DNA from: Deferribacterales bacterium
Lineage (GTDB): Bacteria; Chrysiogenota; Deferribacteres; Deferribacterales; Geovibrionaceae
Length of the DNA: 46,044 nt
Direction: 5' to 3'
Assembly: GCA_050253335.1 (NCBI GenBank)
Contig: JBFWJG010000010.1
Location: 1 to 46,044, forward strand
Shown: positions 16,599 through 27,927 of the stretch, piece after piece
Numbering within the stretch: the first letter of the stretch is position 1
How the letters are laid out: every line of letters begins with the position of its first letter
Notes under the pieces: model-generated
Seen by the model: the letters and a program-made list of their open reading frames with translations, nothing else
Told to the model about the DNA's origin: nothing
Databases searched by the model: none
Program-made: the position numbers and the translations under genes

Positions 16599-19500
16599 TT
16601 AACCCTGAAGAAGCTGAAGAGCCATCTGGGGTATCTGGTTAGCCTGTGCAAGCATTGCTGTGCCTGACTGGCTGAGTATCTGATACCTTGTGAATGTCGC
16701 CATCTCATCCGCTACATCAAGGTCGCGTATGCGTGATTCGGCGGCAGTCATGTTCTCTCTTGCCGTATCAAGGTTAGTGATAGTGTATTCAAGCCTGTTG
16801 ATCTGCGCACCGATTGTCGCTCTCACAGTTACAACTTTGCTGAGAGCGGCATCAATATCGGGGATTGCTCTCTGCGCATTTTTCTGTGAAACAAGGGTAA
16901 CATTCTCAATTCCAAGCCCGACTACATCAAGCTGGGGGATGGAAACTGAAATTGCCTGCCCCTGGTTCGCTCCGATCTGGAGGTCGGTGGAGTTATCAAC
17001 AATATGGAGGAAGTGTTCTTTTGACGCATCAGTAAGATTGATGCTGAATTCAATCTTCTGTGAATCCTTATTCCATGTTTCAGTAACACCGGCTCTGGAA
17101 TCCAGAACTATTTCAACACCTTCAATTATTCCGTAAACCCTGTCGTCACCGGTTTCATCAGTTCCGACAAGAATACCCGTGTGAGCATCCTTAACGGTTA
17201 CGGTTGTGGTGTTGTTTGTAGCTTCCTGAATTTCATTCAGAGACAGCGCATTTATAAGCCTCTCATCGCCGCTGAACGATATTTCGCCCTGCTCGCCTGT
17301 GAGGGCTGTCTGAATTATGAAAGTTCCGGCTACCGATTTATTGCCGCCGTTTGGATCAGCTGCGCTTTCAGTAACATAGTCTGCCAGATGTTTGTTAACA
17401 TCAGCCGATTCAGAACCCATGCCAAGTTCAATTATCGCAGCTTCAAGTTTTTTCTCAAACTCAGCAACAGTGTCATCGCCTTCAAGGTATATAGTTGCGT
17501 TTTTTCCGTTGCCCCATATGGTGAGTTCCTGCTTATTCAGGAAAACATTGTTCCCGTCAGCATCGGTAAACACGGAAATGTCTTTCAGCTTGGTGTTAAG
17601 CCTTGCTATTCCGCCGCCGTCCTCACCGCCGTAACGCACTTCATTAAAAGTGATTTGAGTCGTGCCGGTCACAATTGTTGCACCTTCACTGAACTCAAGC
17701 TCTATGCTGTTCTGGGTGTACTCACCGGTTGCGGGGTCAAAAACGACATTATGCACTTCTACCGGCTCACCTGTGGAAAGGTCTGCGGGGTCATAAGCCA
17801 CTCTTGCGCTGTTTTCTCCTGCATCATCAGTATAGCTGATTCCTGCATCGTTTGTCGGAACCTGACCGTTTGCTGTCACAAAGAACTTGGAGCCCATTCC
17901 GAGTCTGATTCCGTTTGCTCCCAGATCCCCAAGGTTAAGAGTCAGTGTGGGAGAACCGCCAACTGTGAGACCGGCCAATGCTATTGTTTCATCGTTGGCG
18001 CCGCCGTCATCTGTAACAGTTGCGTTTACAGTCTGAATCGATTCCTCACCTGTGGCAGCATCTATGAACGTTACCTTGAAGCTGATTGCTGAAGCTGCAG
18101 CGCTGACATTAACATCGCTCAAAGCTTCTATAACATAGTATCCGCCGACAGTTGCAGCCGTGAGATCTTCCACGGTAACAGCTCCGCCGTCAACGGTAGA
18201 GACTGCGGTGGTTTTGAAAAGCTGTGCGGTTCCCGCAGCAGTTGTAGGCGCACCGCTGGCACTTATTACAGTGACACTTGCACTTGTTACGCCTTCTGCG
18301 TAAGCGTCGGTTATTGAGCCGGGGTTAGTGATAGTTGCACTTATGAGGGTTATGCTCTCATTAGCTTTTGTTATCACAGTACCGGTTGTGGGGGTTGTGC
18401 CTTTTTCATCAGCAACAAAGGTTAAATTTACATTGCCGATGGTATATGTTCCGTCCTCTTCGTTGAAGTTGACGTGTGTTACATTTACGCTTGTATCAGT
18501 TTCGCCGTCTCTGTTGGTAAGCTGATCAGCACCGTAAGAAACAGTCGGACCATCGTTGCCGTGCTCTCCGTTTACGCTTGTAAGCTGAAGAACGCCGCCG
18601 CCAAGATTTGCATCATGGACAACATTATCAATGGCGCCTGAGTTTGTGAGGAGGATCTTATCCCCCTGAGCCATTGTTGAGCCTGTGCTGAGAGCAACCA
18701 CAAGATCTGCGCTCATGCCGCCTGTTGCCGCAAGAAAATCAGCATTGCCTTCAAGATCGGCCTCTGCAAAAGTCACACTGTTTGCCGCCGCCGTACCTGT
18801 GACGCCTTCAAGTGTGGCTTTTTCACCGGTTTTAGCGTTTACGAATGTAACATTGAAAGTACCGTCGGTAGGGCCTGCTGCATCGAATGTACCGTCTGCC
18901 GCCTCTATTATGAAATAGCCGGATTCAGCAGCGGTTCCTGTTACTCCGGTTGCCTCAAAGTTGGAGCCGAACTGGCCTGCAACCTTGGATTCTGCAACTG
19001 CGGTCATAGTGGCATCAGGATCGGTTATCTCAACCACGGCAGCGGTCATTGTGCCGCCGAAAGCAGCATCATAAATGTTGCTTTTCTGACCTTCGATAGA
19101 CGAGATGTTTGCATTTGCAACGGTCATGATGTCTGTTTTGTGAATTTGGTTTTGTCCAGGAAGCGTCGAAAGCTCAATTTTGTAGTTGCCTTCCGCGACA
19201 TCATCTCTGATAATCGCCTGAATTTTCTCGCTGCTTGCTGACCAGAGAGCGGTTCCGTCACCATTGAGGAGTTTTTTCGTGTTGAATTCAGTTGATGTTG
19301 AGATTCTGTTAATCTCGTCTTTAAGCTGATCAACCTCTTTCTGAAGCTCGATTCTGTCATTTGAAGTGTAGGTGCCGTTCGCGGCCTGAACTGCGAGTTC
19401 TCTCATACGCTGAAGCATGGAGCTTACTTCGCCGAGGGCGCCTTCTGCGGTCTGGAGCATGGATATACCGTCCTGAGCGTTCATTGACGCTCTTTTGAGA

Positions 19501-19679
19501 CCGGTTATCTGTCCTCTGAGTTTTTCGGATATCGCCAGGCCGGAAGCATCGTCCGCTGCGTGATTGATTCGCAGACCTGATGAGAGTCTCTCAAGAGACT
19601 TACTGAGTTGGTTCTGTGTTTGTCCGAGGTATCTCTGCGTATTCAGAGACATCACGTTCTGATAAATTGTGAGTGCCAT
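16599..19679 (-). CDS. fliC: Flagellin 2 (giant, 1026 aa)
   Basis: Flagellin N and C domains. Start MALTIYQNV at 19679 after AAGGAGG. Central region homologous to flagellin 1. Confidence 0.96.
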   Translation of the reverse strand: MALTIYQNVMSLNTQRYLGQTQNQLSKSLERLSSGLRINHAADDASGLAISEKLRGQITGLKRASMNAQDGISMLQTAEGALGEVSSMLQRMRELAVQAANGTYTSNDRIELQKEVDQLKDEINRISTSTEFNTKKLLNGDGTALWSASSEKIQAIIRDDVAEGNYKIELSTLPGQNQIHKTDIMTVANANISSIEGQKSNIYDAAFGGTMTAAVVEITDPDATMTAVAESKVAGQFGSNFEATGVTGTAAESGYFIIEAADGTFDAAGPTDGTFNVTFVNAKTGEKATLEGVTGTAAANSVTFAEADLEGNADFLAATGGMSADLVVALSTGSTMAQGDKILLTNSGAIDNVVHDANLGGGVLQLTSVNGEHGNDGPTVSYGADQLTNRDGETDTSVNVTHVNFNEEDGTYTIGNVNLTFVADEKGTTPTTGTVITKANESITLISATITNPGSITDAYAEGVTSASVTVISASGAPTTAAGTAQLFKTTAVSTVDGGAVTVEDLTAATVGGYYVIEALSDVNVSAAASAISFKVTFIDAATGEESIQTVNATVTDDGGANDETIALAGLTVGGSPTLTLNLGDLGANGIRLGMGSKFFVTANGQVPTNDAGISYTDDAGENSARVAYDPADLSTGEPVEVHNVVFDPATGEYTQNSIELEFSEGATIVTGTTQITFNEVRYGGEDGGGIARLNTKLKDISVFTDADGNNVFLNKQELTIWGNGKNATIYLEGDDTVAEFEKKLEAAIIELGMGSESADVNKHLADYVTESAADPNGGNKSVAGTFIIQTALTGEQGEISFSGDERLINALSLNEIQEATNNTTTVTVKDAHTGILVGTDETGDDRVYGIIEGVEIVLDSRAGVTETWNKDSQKIEFSINLTDASKEHFLHIVDNSTDLQIGANQGQAISVSIPQLDVVGLGIENVTLVSQKNAQRAIPDIDAALSKVVTVRATIGAQINRLEYTITNLDTARENMTAAESRIRDLDVADEMATFTRYQILSQSGTAMLAQANQIPQMALQLLQG

Positions 19680-19763
19680 GTCATCCTCCTTGATTCTTTC
19701 AATAGAGGCATCTCGCGCTTCCTTGCGCATATTCACAATCGTACAGAACTGATCAAATCTTTA
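19680..19763 (-). promoter_or_regulatory. Weak sigma28-like promoter and CsrA-type sites of flagellin 2
   Basis: TAAA-N16-TACGATTG; GCGC-AAGGAA-GCGC hairpin; AUCAAGGAGGAU at the SD. Confidence 0.5.
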
Positions 19764-19828
19764 GAAAAAAAATTCAATAAAAATGATCTTTTATGCAAGT
19801 GTCTGATTAATAAGCTGATTTCAGACAC

Positions 19829-19853
19829 AAAAAAAGGCGGGGAAAACCCCGCC
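19829..19853 (-). terminator. Intrinsic terminator after rseP
   Basis: Minus strand GGCGGGG-TTTT-CCCCGCC-T7. Confidence 0.85.
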
Positions 19854-19884
19854 CGAGAAACCGTATATATCTGAGTGCGCTTTA

Positions 19885-20955
19885 TCAGCTTTTGATTATC
19901 CTTACTATGTCATTATAGAAAGCGAAAAACATCAGTCCGAAGATGAGCATCATGCCTGCCATATTGGCATATTCCCTGACCTTGATGCTTACAGGTCTTC
20001 TTGTCACCGCCTCAACAGCGTAAAAAAGAAGATGCCCGCCGTCCAGAACGGGAATGGGAAGCAGATTCAGTATGGCAAGGTTTACGCTTATGGCTGCCAT
20101 AAGCCCCAGAAGCATAAGTACTCCCTGGTCTGCGGAGCTTTTTGCCATCTGAAGGATCATTATGGGTCCGCCTATGGAATCAGCGGGAACAGATTTCTGG
20201 AATATCTTAACTACTCCGGTTACGATCAGCCCCGTGACCTCGGCGGTTTTCTCCACGCCCATTTTAAGGGACGGGAAAAAGCCGTAATTCACGCTTATAT
20301 ACTCGCCCGATACTTTGACACCGACCAGCCCGACCTTTACATCTTCACCGAAAACGTTCTTCTGCACGCTCTCCCTCGGAGTAACGACAATCTCCATGCG
20401 CTCCCCGTCCCTCTGGATTTCAAAGACTATCTCCCTTCCCGGGCGCTCTATGACATATGAGCTCATTTCATCCCAGAAGACAACAGGGTTGCCGTCAACA
20501 GAGAGAACCTTGTCCCCCTCCAGAAGTCCGGCCTCGGCAGCGGGCATATCCGGCATAAGCTCGCCGATGACCGCGGTAGAGCGGGGAACGCCTGCCATAA
20601 ATATCACTGCGTAGACCACTGCGGCCAGAAGAAAGTTGGCAAGGGGTCCTGCGAAAACAATCAGCGCGCGCGCGTAAAGAGGCTTGTTGTTGAACGCCCT
20701 CTCCTTCATCTCCGGAGCGGCTTCGGTGTCGCCTTCTGAATTATAATCCGGCCCGTCGCCGTACATCTTGACATATCCGCCCAGCGGAATCGCCGAAAGC
20801 ATGTATTCGGTCTCGCCTCTTTTCCATGAGAAAAGCTTTGGGCCGAAGCCTATGGAAAACTTCTCCACATATACCTTAAAGTATTTGGCAACCAGAAAGT
20901 GGCCGAGCTCATGAAAAAATATGAGGAGTCCTAAAAGTATTATCGCCTGAATCAT
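19885..20955 (-). CDS. rseP: RIP metalloprotease RseP
   Basis: HELGH, PLGGYVKM, PDZ domain, NLLPIPVLDGGH. Confidence 0.96.
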   Translation of the reverse strand: MIQAIILLGLLIFFHELGHFLVAKYFKVYVEKFSIGFGPKLFSWKRGETEYMLSAIPLGGYVKMYGDGPDYNSEGDTEAAPEMKERAFNNKPLYARALIVFAGPLANFLLAAVVYAVIFMAGVPRSTAVIGELMPDMPAAEAGLLEGDKVLSVDGNPVVFWDEMSSYVIERPGREIVFEIQRDGERMEIVVTPRESVQKNVFGEDVKVGLVGVKVSGEYISVNYGFFPSLKMGVEKTAEVTGLIVTGVVKIFQKSVPADSIGGPIMILQMAKSSADQGVLMLLGLMAAISVNLAILNLLPIPVLDGGHLLFYAVEAVTRRPVSIKVREYANMAGMMLIFGLMFFAFYNDIVRIIKS

Positions 20956-20962
20956 TTCGTAA

Positions 20963-22066
20963 TTATCTCCGAGCCGTTATTAAATCACTGCACCTGCGTC
21001 TGGCGGCTCCGTCCAGATCCAGTATTTCATCCATACCTTCCGCTGTGCATTCGCCGAAGGCATCCAGCACATTTTCTATCACCGGAGCTATATCTATGAA
21101 ACTGATTGATTTGCGCAGAAAATGTTCAACGGCAATTTCATTTGCCGCATTCATTACAATCATAGGACCGTTCATATCCTTTTTCAATACCTGAAAAGCG
21201 ATCCTGAGACATCCGTATTTATTAAGATCCGGCTTGAAGAAGTCAAGCCTTGAAATTTCGCAGAGGTCAAGCTGCCTGACACCGCTTTCTATTCTCTCCG
21301 GCAGACCGAGGGCAAAGGAAATCGGCGTGCGCATGTCGGGGTATCCCATCTGCGCAAGCATACTGCCGTCCGTGTAGCTCACCGCGGAGTGAACAATGCT
21401 CTGCGGATGTATCACTACATCCAGCCTGTCAGGCTCTATGTCAAACAGATAGCGGGCTTCGATCAACTCAAGCCCTTTGTTCATCATAGTCGCCGAATCC
21501 ACGGTGATCTTGCTCCCCATGCTCCAGTTGGGGTGTCTGAGCGCCTCCTCAACCCCCATGAACTCAAGGGCGTCATTGGGAGTCTTGCGGAAAGCGCCGC
21601 CTGATGCGGTGAGGATAATCTTCGCCACATGCTCTTTCCTGTGCCCCATGAGACACTGATATACGGCGGAGTGTTCGCTGTCCACGGGGATAATTTTCGC
21701 GCCGCTTTTTTTAGCCGCGTCAAGGATCAGTCTCCCCGCGGCGACTATGGACTCTTTATTCGCAAGGGCTATATCTGTCCCTTTTTTAACTGTTTCATAA
21801 GCGGGCAGTATTCCCGCTGCGCCCACAGCGGCTATGAGAACAAGCTCCGCATCGGTTTCATTAAGCCGTGCAACCAGTCCTCCGCTGTTTCCCTGAGTGA
21901 GGCAGGATTTCTTCACGCCGAATTCAGCACACTGGGATTCAAGGAGATCTCCGTTGGAGTTTGCCGAAAGGAAAACCACATCAAAAAGCCCCCTGTTGCG
22001 GCGCACCACATCAAGCGCCTGCCTGCCTATGGACCCTGTGGAGCCTATTATGGCAATTTTTTTCAC
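20963..22066 (-). CDS. dxr: 1-deoxy-D-xylulose-5-phosphate reductoisomerase
   Basis: GSTGSIG, LANKES, PVDSEHSA, HPNWSMGSKITVDSATMMNKGLE. Confidence 0.97.
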   Translation of the reverse strand: MKKIAIIGSTGSIGRQALDVVRRNRGLFDVVFLSANSNGDLLESQCAEFGVKKSCLTQGNSGGLVARLNETDAELVLIAAVGAAGILPAYETVKKGTDIALANKESIVAAGRLILDAAKKSGAKIIPVDSEHSAVYQCLMGHRKEHVAKIILTASGGAFRKTPNDALEFMGVEEALRHPNWSMGSKITVDSATMMNKGLELIEARYLFDIEPDRLDVVIHPQSIVHSAVSYTDGSMLAQMGYPDMRTPISFALGLPERIESGVRQLDLCEISRLDFFKPDLNKYGCLRIAFQVLKKDMNGPMIVMNAANEIAVEHFLRKSISFIDIAPVIENVLDAFGECTAEGMDEILDLDGAARRRCSDLITARR

Positions 22067-22067
22067 G

Positions 22068-22862
22068 CTACACCGCCAGCGTCACATAAAAATACAGCAC
22101 AGGGGCAGCGAAGGCTATGGAATCCGTCCTGTCCAGTATTCCGCCGTGACCGGGGAAAACCGTGCCGCTGTCCTTGATTCCGCTTTTTCGCTTGAACATG
22201 GATTCGATCAAATCGCCCACCACTCCGGCGCCTGTGAGAATAATCGAGGAGATCAGAACATGGATAAACGGAACTTCCATGAAAAAGTGCGTATAAAGGA
22301 ATGCGCCCGCAATGCCTCCCGCGAATCCTCCCGCAAGACCTTCCATGCTTTTTTTCGGGCTGATCAGTTCATACATTTTTCTTTTGCCGAACATAACGCC
22401 GACAAAATAGGCAAATGAATCGCTGAACCAGATAACAGCGCAGAGATAAAACAGCCAGTGGAAATCTATTTCCCTGAGAGGGATGAAAAAAGACATGAAA
22501 AACGGATAGTACATTATGGCGATCATAGAGACAGAAAGGTGTTCGTATGTCTCGTCAAGGGGAGCTCTGCCGAACAGCTTAATCACAAACACCATGGCCG
22601 AGGCGAGATAAAGCCCGAAGAGCGCGCCTGATGTTCCCCCGAGGAAGAAACCCGTGGGAATAAGCACCGCTCCTGCCATAACAGGAAAGGCGAGAAGCGG
22701 CTTTCCGTCCGCGGTGAGCAGTTTGTAGAACTCCCATGTTCCGCCCATAATAAGCAGAAGGAGTATGAGAAAAAAAATTATATCATTAAGCCAGATTATG
22801 CCTGCTATCACCGGAGGCACAACGGCGATTGCCGTTAGAATACGCGTCAGTCTGTTGCTCAC
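22068..22862 (-). CDS. cdsA: Phosphatidate cytidylyltransferase
   Basis: DSFAYFVG..GK, ISPKKS.EG, GDLIESMFKR..GIKDSG..PGHGGILDRTDS. Confidence 0.96.
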   Translation of the reverse strand: MSNRLTRILTAIAVVPPVIAGIIWLNDIIFFLILLLLIMGGTWEFYKLLTADGKPLLAFPVMAGAVLIPTGFFLGGTSGALFGLYLASAMVFVIKLFGRAPLDETYEHLSVSMIAIMYYPFFMSFFIPLREIDFHWLFYLCAVIWFSDSFAYFVGVMFGKRKMYELISPKKSMEGLAGGFAGGIAGAFLYTHFFMEVPFIHVLISSIILTGAGVVGDLIESMFKRKSGIKDSGTVFPGHGGILDRTDSIAFAAPVLYFYVTLAV

Positions 22863-22897
22863 TAATACCTGCCTTGTTTAAAAAATAAAACCTGATT

Positions 22898-23039
22898 GCG
22901 TTAATCCGTACATCCTGCCTGAATTAACGCACACGCTTGCGGGCGGATAAACCGCCCTTCGCTGCGCACGGCGCAGCTTCTTCCATGAAGCTGTTAAGAA
23001 GCCGTCTTGCCTCATCTGTCCGCACATCCTGTCGGACAG
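22898..23039. mobile_element. Structured non-coding element, type B, copy 3, plus an extra CATCCTG hairpin, between uppS and cdsA
   Basis: Core at 22931. Flanking hairpins GCGTTAAT..CATCC..ATTAACGC and CAGCTTC-TTCCAT-GAAGCTG. Extra hairpin CTGTCCG-CACATCCTGT-CGGACAG at 23016-23039. Confidence 0.7.
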
Positions 23040-23762
23040 CTATGCCTCAATCTGCTCGTCTGTCTTCCCGAAGCGGCGTGTGCGCCCCGCGAAGTCTTCC
23101 AGTGCGGCGTCTATGTCCTCTTCCGTGATGTCCGGCCAGAGCTTGTCGGTGAAGAAAAGTTCGCTGTAGGCTATGCGCCAGAGCATGAAATTGCTTATGC
23201 GCAGTTCACCGCTGGTGCGGATCAGCAGATCAACATCGGGGATCTCGGGATGATACATGAAAGCGGGAAAACTCTCTTCCGTTATGTCATCCGCATTCAG
23301 GCCGCCCGCTGCGGCAAGTTCGGCTATTTTTCTGGCTGCGCTCACTATCTCCGCCCTGCCGCCGTAGCTGAGAGCAAGGTTAAGCGTCATGCCCGTATTC
23401 CGCAGGGATATATCCGCTGCATCCTGTAGTTTTTTTCTCGTACCTTCAGGGATAAGCTCCATGTTGCCGGTAACGGAGAAACGGATATTCTCTTTCAGGA
23501 TGGTGCTGAGTTCTTTTTCGATATATTCATCAAGAAGGCGCATGAGAAAGCTGACCTCATCGCCGGGACGTTTCCAGTTTTCCATGCTGAAGGCAAACAG
23601 AGAAAGGTACTTTATGCCTATTTTCGAGGAGTGGCGCACTATCCTGTTGACAACGTCCACCCCTCTCTTATGCCCCATTATCCGGGGCATTTTCCTCTGT
23701 TTGGCCCATCTGCCGTTTCCGTCCATGATTATCGCCAGATGAACGGGCAGTATGTCGGGCAT
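23040..23762 (-). CDS. uppS: Undecaprenyl diphosphate synthase (isoprenyl transferase)
   Basis: HLAIIMDGNGRWA, FSMENWKRP, YGGRAEI, DLLIRTSGELRISNFMLW, RRFG. Confidence 0.97.
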   Translation of the reverse strand: MPDILPVHLAIIMDGNGRWAKQRKMPRIMGHKRGVDVVNRIVRHSSKIGIKYLSLFAFSMENWKRPGDEVSFLMRLLDEYIEKELSTILKENIRFSVTGNMELIPEGTRKKLQDAADISLRNTGMTLNLALSYGGRAEIVSAARKIAELAAAGGLNADDITEESFPAFMYHPEIPDVDLLIRTSGELRISNFMLWRIAYSELFFTDKLWPDITEEDIDAALEDFAGRTRRFGKTDEQIEA

Positions 23763-24319
23763 CAGATCTCCATTATTTCCTTTTCTTTAGTGTCAATGGC
23801 GGAGTCAATCTTCTTCACGAAATCATTGGTGATTTCCTGAACCTTGTCCTGCCCTTTCTTGCAGTCGTCTTCGGAGATGGCTTTATCTTTTTCGAGTTTT
23901 TTCAGTTCGTCATTGGCGTCACGGCGGATGTTGCGCACAGCGACCTTGGTTTCCTCGCCCATTTTTTTAACAAGCTTGACAAATTCCTTCCTGCGCTCCT
24001 CTGTGAGCTGGGGGATGGGAATGCGCACAACCTTGCCGTCATTCTGGGGGTTATAGCCAAGATTGCTGGCTATTATAGCTTTTTCTATGGCGGGAATGAG
24101 GCTTGAGTCCCAAGGCTGGATAACTATAAGGCGCGGCTCGGGGGCGCTCAGTGTGGCCACTCCGCTCAAAGGAGTGGGTGTTCCGTAGTAGTCAACCTTT
24201 ACGTTGTCAAAAACGGAGATGGAGGCTCTGCCTGTTCTCACCGCCTTAAATTCATCTTTAAGATGGTTAAGGGCCTTCTCCATTTTAGATGATGCCTCGT
24301 TAAGCACTTTATTAAGCAT
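23762..24319 (-). CDS. frr: Ribosome recycling factor
   Basis: [36 protein letters not shown]. Start at ATG 24319 after GGAGG. Confidence 0.97.
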   Translation of the reverse strand: MLNKVLNEASSKMEKALNHLKDEFKAVRTGRASISVFDNVKVDYYGTPTPLSGVATLSAPEPRLIVIQPWDSSLIPAIEKAIIASNLGYNPQNDGKVVRIPIPQLTEERRKEFVKLVKKMGEETKVAVRNIRRDANDELKKLEKDKAISEDDCKKGQDKVQEITNDFVKKIDSAIDTKEKEIMEI

Positions 24320-25034
24320 TATCAACCTCCACAATGGTTCCTATCTTTTCGCCTGTAATTATTTTTTTCATGTTTCCTTTTCCGTATATGTCGAAAACTA
24401 TGATGGGCATGGCATTATCCATGCACATGGAAATTGCCGTTGAGTCCATAACCTTCAGACCTTCGTTAAGCACTTTCAGGTAGCTTATGCTGTCGTACTT
24501 AACCGCGCATGAGTTCTTTTTGGGGTCGCTGTCGTATATGCCGTCAACCTTGGTGGCCTTCAGCACAACCTCTGCGTTGATTTCCGATGAGCGGAGGGTA
24601 GCCGCCGTGTCTGTCGTGAAGTAGGGGTTGCCTGTTCCTGCGGCGAATATGACCACCCTGTCTTTTTCGAGATGGCGCATCGCCCTGCGGCGTATGAAAG
24701 GTTCTGCTATCTGCCTCATTTCTATGGAGGTCTGAACACGGGTCGCACAGCCTGCGTTCTCAAGGGCGTCCTGAAGAGCAAGGGCGTTTATAACAGTTGC
24801 GAGCATACCCATGTAGTCCGCGGTTACCCTGTCCATGGACTTTGATGCATCGGAAACTCCTCTGAAGATGTTTCCGCCGCCCACGACAATCCCGATCTTG
24901 ACACCGAGTTCCTGAACCCCTTTTATCTCCTGAGCGATGAAATTCACCGTGTTGACATCTATGCCGTATTCGCCTTCGCCCATAAGCGCTTCACCGCTCA
25001 GCTTGAGCAGCACCCGTTTGTATTTAAGCTCCAT
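24312..25034 (-). CDS. pyrH: UMP kinase
   Basis: [30 protein letters not shown]. Confidence 0.97.
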   Translation of the reverse strand: MELKYKRVLLKLSGEALMGEGEYGIDVNTVNFIAQEIKGVQELGVKIGIVVGGGNIFRGVSDASKSMDRVTADYMGMLATVINALALQDALENAGCATRVQTSIEMRQIAEPFIRRRAMRHLEKDRVVIFAAGTGNPYFTTDTAATLRSSEINAEVVLKATKVDGIYDSDPKKNSCAVKYDSISYLKVLNEGLKVMDSTAISMCMDNAMPIIVFDIYGKGNMKKIITGEKIGTIVEVDNA

Positions 25035-25357
25035 TACTCCGCCTCGATATTTTTATAACCTTCTACAGTATATGTAAATTTAAGTGTTTTGAATGGAATT
25101 TCCGCCTCAGCCTCGTATGTGACCGAGTATTTCAGCTTATCCACATACTCTTCAATCAGAACATCTTCCTCTGTTATTGGAATTCCGGCATCAACTGCGG
25201 CCTTGGCTATGTTGACCGGGATATTTTCCACGTTTGAGGAATCCACGGCATTTTTAAAGGCGTTCTCGAACATCTTGAACTTGACCCACGGAAGAGCCGC
25301 CGTTCCGCCGATGTAAAGCACGATGATAAAAATAATAACCCGTACAAAAGTTCCCAA
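25034..25357 (-). CDS. Hypothetical membrane-anchored protein (possibly DUF4845-like)
   Basis: N-terminal TM helix ending in P. Follows lepB and overlaps the pyrH start. Confidence 0.65.
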   Translation of the reverse strand: MGTFVRVIIFIIVLYIGGTAALPWVKFKMFENAFKNAVDSSNVENIPVNIAKAAVDAGIPITEEDVLIEEYVDKLKYSVTYEAEAEIPFKTLKFTYTVEGYKNIEAE

Positions 25358-25448
25358 ATTTTCACCGCCTCATGCGCATTTCCGGCGTAAAGCCCCGCTG
25401 TGCGGGCACTTTCCATCCTCATGATTATTGCATGAAACATACTCAAAT

Positions 25449-26123
25449 TCAATGAATGAGTTTAAAGACCCTGTCGAAACGGTCATACTTGGGGTTAAGG
25501 AACCGCAGAGCGCGCAGAGGCATTTTCGACCAGACCGAATCATACTCGGGCGTTTCCAGAGACCAGTAGATAAGAAGCGCCTTGCCCTTGACCATATCTT
25601 CGGAGATGAAGCCCCAGAAACGGCCGTCGTAGCTTGCGTCCCTGTTGTCGCCCATCATGAAGTATTTTCCTTCCGGAACAGTGAATTCCTCTATGTTATC
25701 CCTGTTGGTAAGCTCCGCGGGAAAGTAGGCGTCATCCTTAATCTGCTTGTAGTCCTCGCCGTAGGGCAGTCCGTTTATGAAAACCTGCTTGTCCTGTATT
25801 GCGATTTTGTCCCCCGGAACCCCTATCACCCTTTTTATGAAGCTTTTCGCGGGTTCAAGAGGATACTCGAAAACCAGAACATCGCCTCTTTCGGGATCAC
25901 CGAACTTGTAGGCGAGCCTGTTCACAATTATATAATCCCCGATGAGAAGAGTGTCCAGCATTGAGCCGGACGGAATTGTATATGTCTGAATAAGAAACGT
26001 TTTTATGAACAGCGCAATAACCACCGCCACAACAAGGGAGTCAAAAAAGCCGTCCTTCTTTTTTTTCGGTTTCGCTTCTTCCGTATTTTCCGGCGCTGTC
26101 TTTATATCTTCATTTTCTGCCAT
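25449..26123 (-). CDS. lepB: Signal peptidase I
   Basis: IPSGSM..TL..GD, FIKRVIG.PGD, YFMMGDNRDASYDGRFWG. Confidence 0.96.
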   Translation of the reverse strand: MAENEDIKTAPENTEEAKPKKKKDGFFDSLVVAVVIALFIKTFLIQTYTIPSGSMLDTLLIGDYIIVNRLAYKFGDPERGDVLVFEYPLEPAKSFIKRVIGVPGDKIAIQDKQVFINGLPYGEDYKQIKDDAYFPAELTNRDNIEEFTVPEGKYFMMGDNRDASYDGRFWGFISEDMVKGKALLIYWSLETPEYDSVWSKMPLRALRFLNPKYDRFDRVFKLIH

Positions 26124-26124
26124 C

Positions 26125-27927
26125 TTAATCCTGTCCTATCCTGAGCACTGCGAGGAAGGCCTCCTGCGGAATCTCCACGTTGCCTACCTGCTTCATACGT
26201 TTTTTACCTGCTTTCTGTTTCTCAAGGAGTTTGCGCTTACGGCTGATGTCCCCACCGTAGCACTTGGCGATAACGTTTTTCCTGAACGCCTTAACTGTTG
26301 AGCGTGAAAGAATTTTATTGCCTATCGCCGCCTGAATGGCTATGTCGAACATCTGCCTGTGGATAACCTCTTTCAGCTTTTCTACCAGATCGCGCCCTTT
26401 GTAAAACGCGTGATCCTTATGAACGATGATGCTCAGGGCGTCCACTGCCTCTCCGTTTATAAGTATATCAAGCTTAACGAGATTCGCCTGCCTGTAACCC
26501 GCGAATTCATAATCGAAGGATGCATATCCCCTTGAAATCGATTTAAGCTTGTCATAAAAGTCCATGACAACCTCGCCGAGGGGGAGTTCATATTCAAGAA
26601 TCACCCTGCCCTGAGTGAGGTAGCGCATGTTCTTCTGAGTTCCTCTTTTTGCCACCATAAGCTGGATTATTCCGCCGACATAGATTTCGGGAAGGATCAC
26701 GGTAGCCGCGATTATAGGCTCCTCAATGAAATCTATCTCCGAAGGTTCGGGCAGATCCGCCGGATTGTCCACCTCAATCATCTCGCCGTTTGTCCTGGTC
26801 ACTTTAAAAACAACCGTGGGAGCGGTGGTGACGAGATCAAGGTTAAACTCGCGCTCAAGCCTTTCCTGAATGATCTCCATATGAAGCAGTCCGAGGAAGC
26901 CGCAGCGGAAACCGAAGCCCAGAGCCACGGAGCTTTCAGCCTCGTATGTTATGGAGCTGTCGTTCAGTCTCAGCTTGTCCAAAGCGTCGCGCACATCTTC
27001 AAAGTCCGCCGAATCAACAGGGTAAAGCCCGCAGAAAACCACCGGCTTAACAGTCTTGAACCCCGGGAAAGCCTCTTTTGCGGGGTTGGAGGCAAGCGTA
27101 ACCGTGTCCCCTATGTTGACATCGTTTATATCTTTGATAGCCGCGGTGAAGAAACCGACCTCACCCACGGAAAGGTCATTGACCATAAGCGGTTTGGGGG
27201 TGAACACACCCACCTTGTCTATCAGATACTGCTGGTTTGTGGACATGAACTTTATTTTGTCGCCCGCTTTCACGGTTCCGTCGATGATTCTTATAAGCAC
27301 CACGACACCCTGATAGCTGTCGTACCATGAGTCAAATATCATCGCCTTCAGCGGGGCGTTTTCATCCCCTTTGGGCATGGGGATGCGGCTGACCACGGCC
27401 TCAAGGATCTCCTTGATCCCTATGCCGTCCTTGGCGCTTGCCAGAACCGCATCGCTTGCGTCAATTCCGACTATGTCCTCCACCTCTTTCTTCACCCTGT
27501 CCGGATCGGCGCTGGGCAGATCGATTTTGTTGAGAACGGGCACAAGCTCCAGATCCTGATCTATCGCCATATATGCGTTGGCTATTGTCTGCGCCTCCAC
27601 ACCCTGAGCGGCGTCCACAACAAGCAGGCCGCCGTCGCAGGCGGCGAGGCTTCTTGAAACCTCATATGTGAAATCCACGTGCCCAGGAGTGTCGATCAGG
27701 TTGAGCTGATAGGTTTTGCCGTCATCGGCTTTATAGAAAAGGCGCACGGTCTGCGCCTTGATTGTGATTCCGCGCTCACGCTCAATATCCATGCTGTCCA
27801 GAACCTGTTCCTTCATGTTCCTTTTGTCCAGACCGCCTGTGAACTCAATGAGACGGTCGGCAATGGTGGACTTGCCGTGGTCAATGTGCGCTACAATACT
27901 GAAATTGCGAATAAGTTCTTTTTTCAT
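26125..27927 (-). CDS. lepA: Translation elongation factor 4
   Basis: [43 protein letters not shown]. Confidence 0.98.
   Translation of the reverse strand: MKKELIRNFSIVAHIDHGKSTIADRLIEFTGGLDKRNMKEQVLDSMDIERERGITIKAQTVRLFYKADDGKTYQLNLIDTPGHVDFTYEVSRSLAACDGGLLVVDAAQGVEAQTIANAYMAIDQDLELVPVLNKIDLPSADPDRVKKEVEDIVGIDASDAVLASAKDGIGIKEILEAVVSRIPMPKGDENAPLKAMIFDSWYDSYQGVVVLIRIIDGTVKAGDKIKFMSTNQQYLIDKVGVFTPKPLMVNDLSVGEVGFFTAAIKDINDVNIGDTVTLASNPAKEAFPGFKTVKPVVFCGLYPVDSADFEDVRDALDKLRLNDSSITYEAESSVALGFGFRCGFLGLLHMEIIQERLEREFNLDLVTTAPTVVFKVTRTNGEMIEVDNPADLPEPSEIDFIEEPIIAATVILPEIYVGGIIQLMVAKRGTQKNMRYLTQGRVILEYELPLGEVVMDFYDKLKSISRGYASFDYEFAGYRQANLVKLDILINGEAVDALSIIVHKDHAFYKGRDLVEKLKEVIHRQMFDIAIQAAIGNKILSRSTVKAFRKNVIAKCYGGDISRKRKLLEKQKAGKKRMKQVGNVEIPQEAFLAVLRIGQD

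Noticed and set aside
17181..18092. 303-aa plus-strand ORF inside flagellin 2
   Set aside because: Antisense shadow with no recognisable domain.
5203..19679. Flagellinolysin (protease-bearing flagellin)
   Set aside because: No HExxH motif in either central domain.
19680..19736. 19-aa N-terminal extension of flagellin 2 in the ORF track
   Set aside because: The AAGGAGG SD and flagellin homology place the start at 19679; the extension is 5' UTR.
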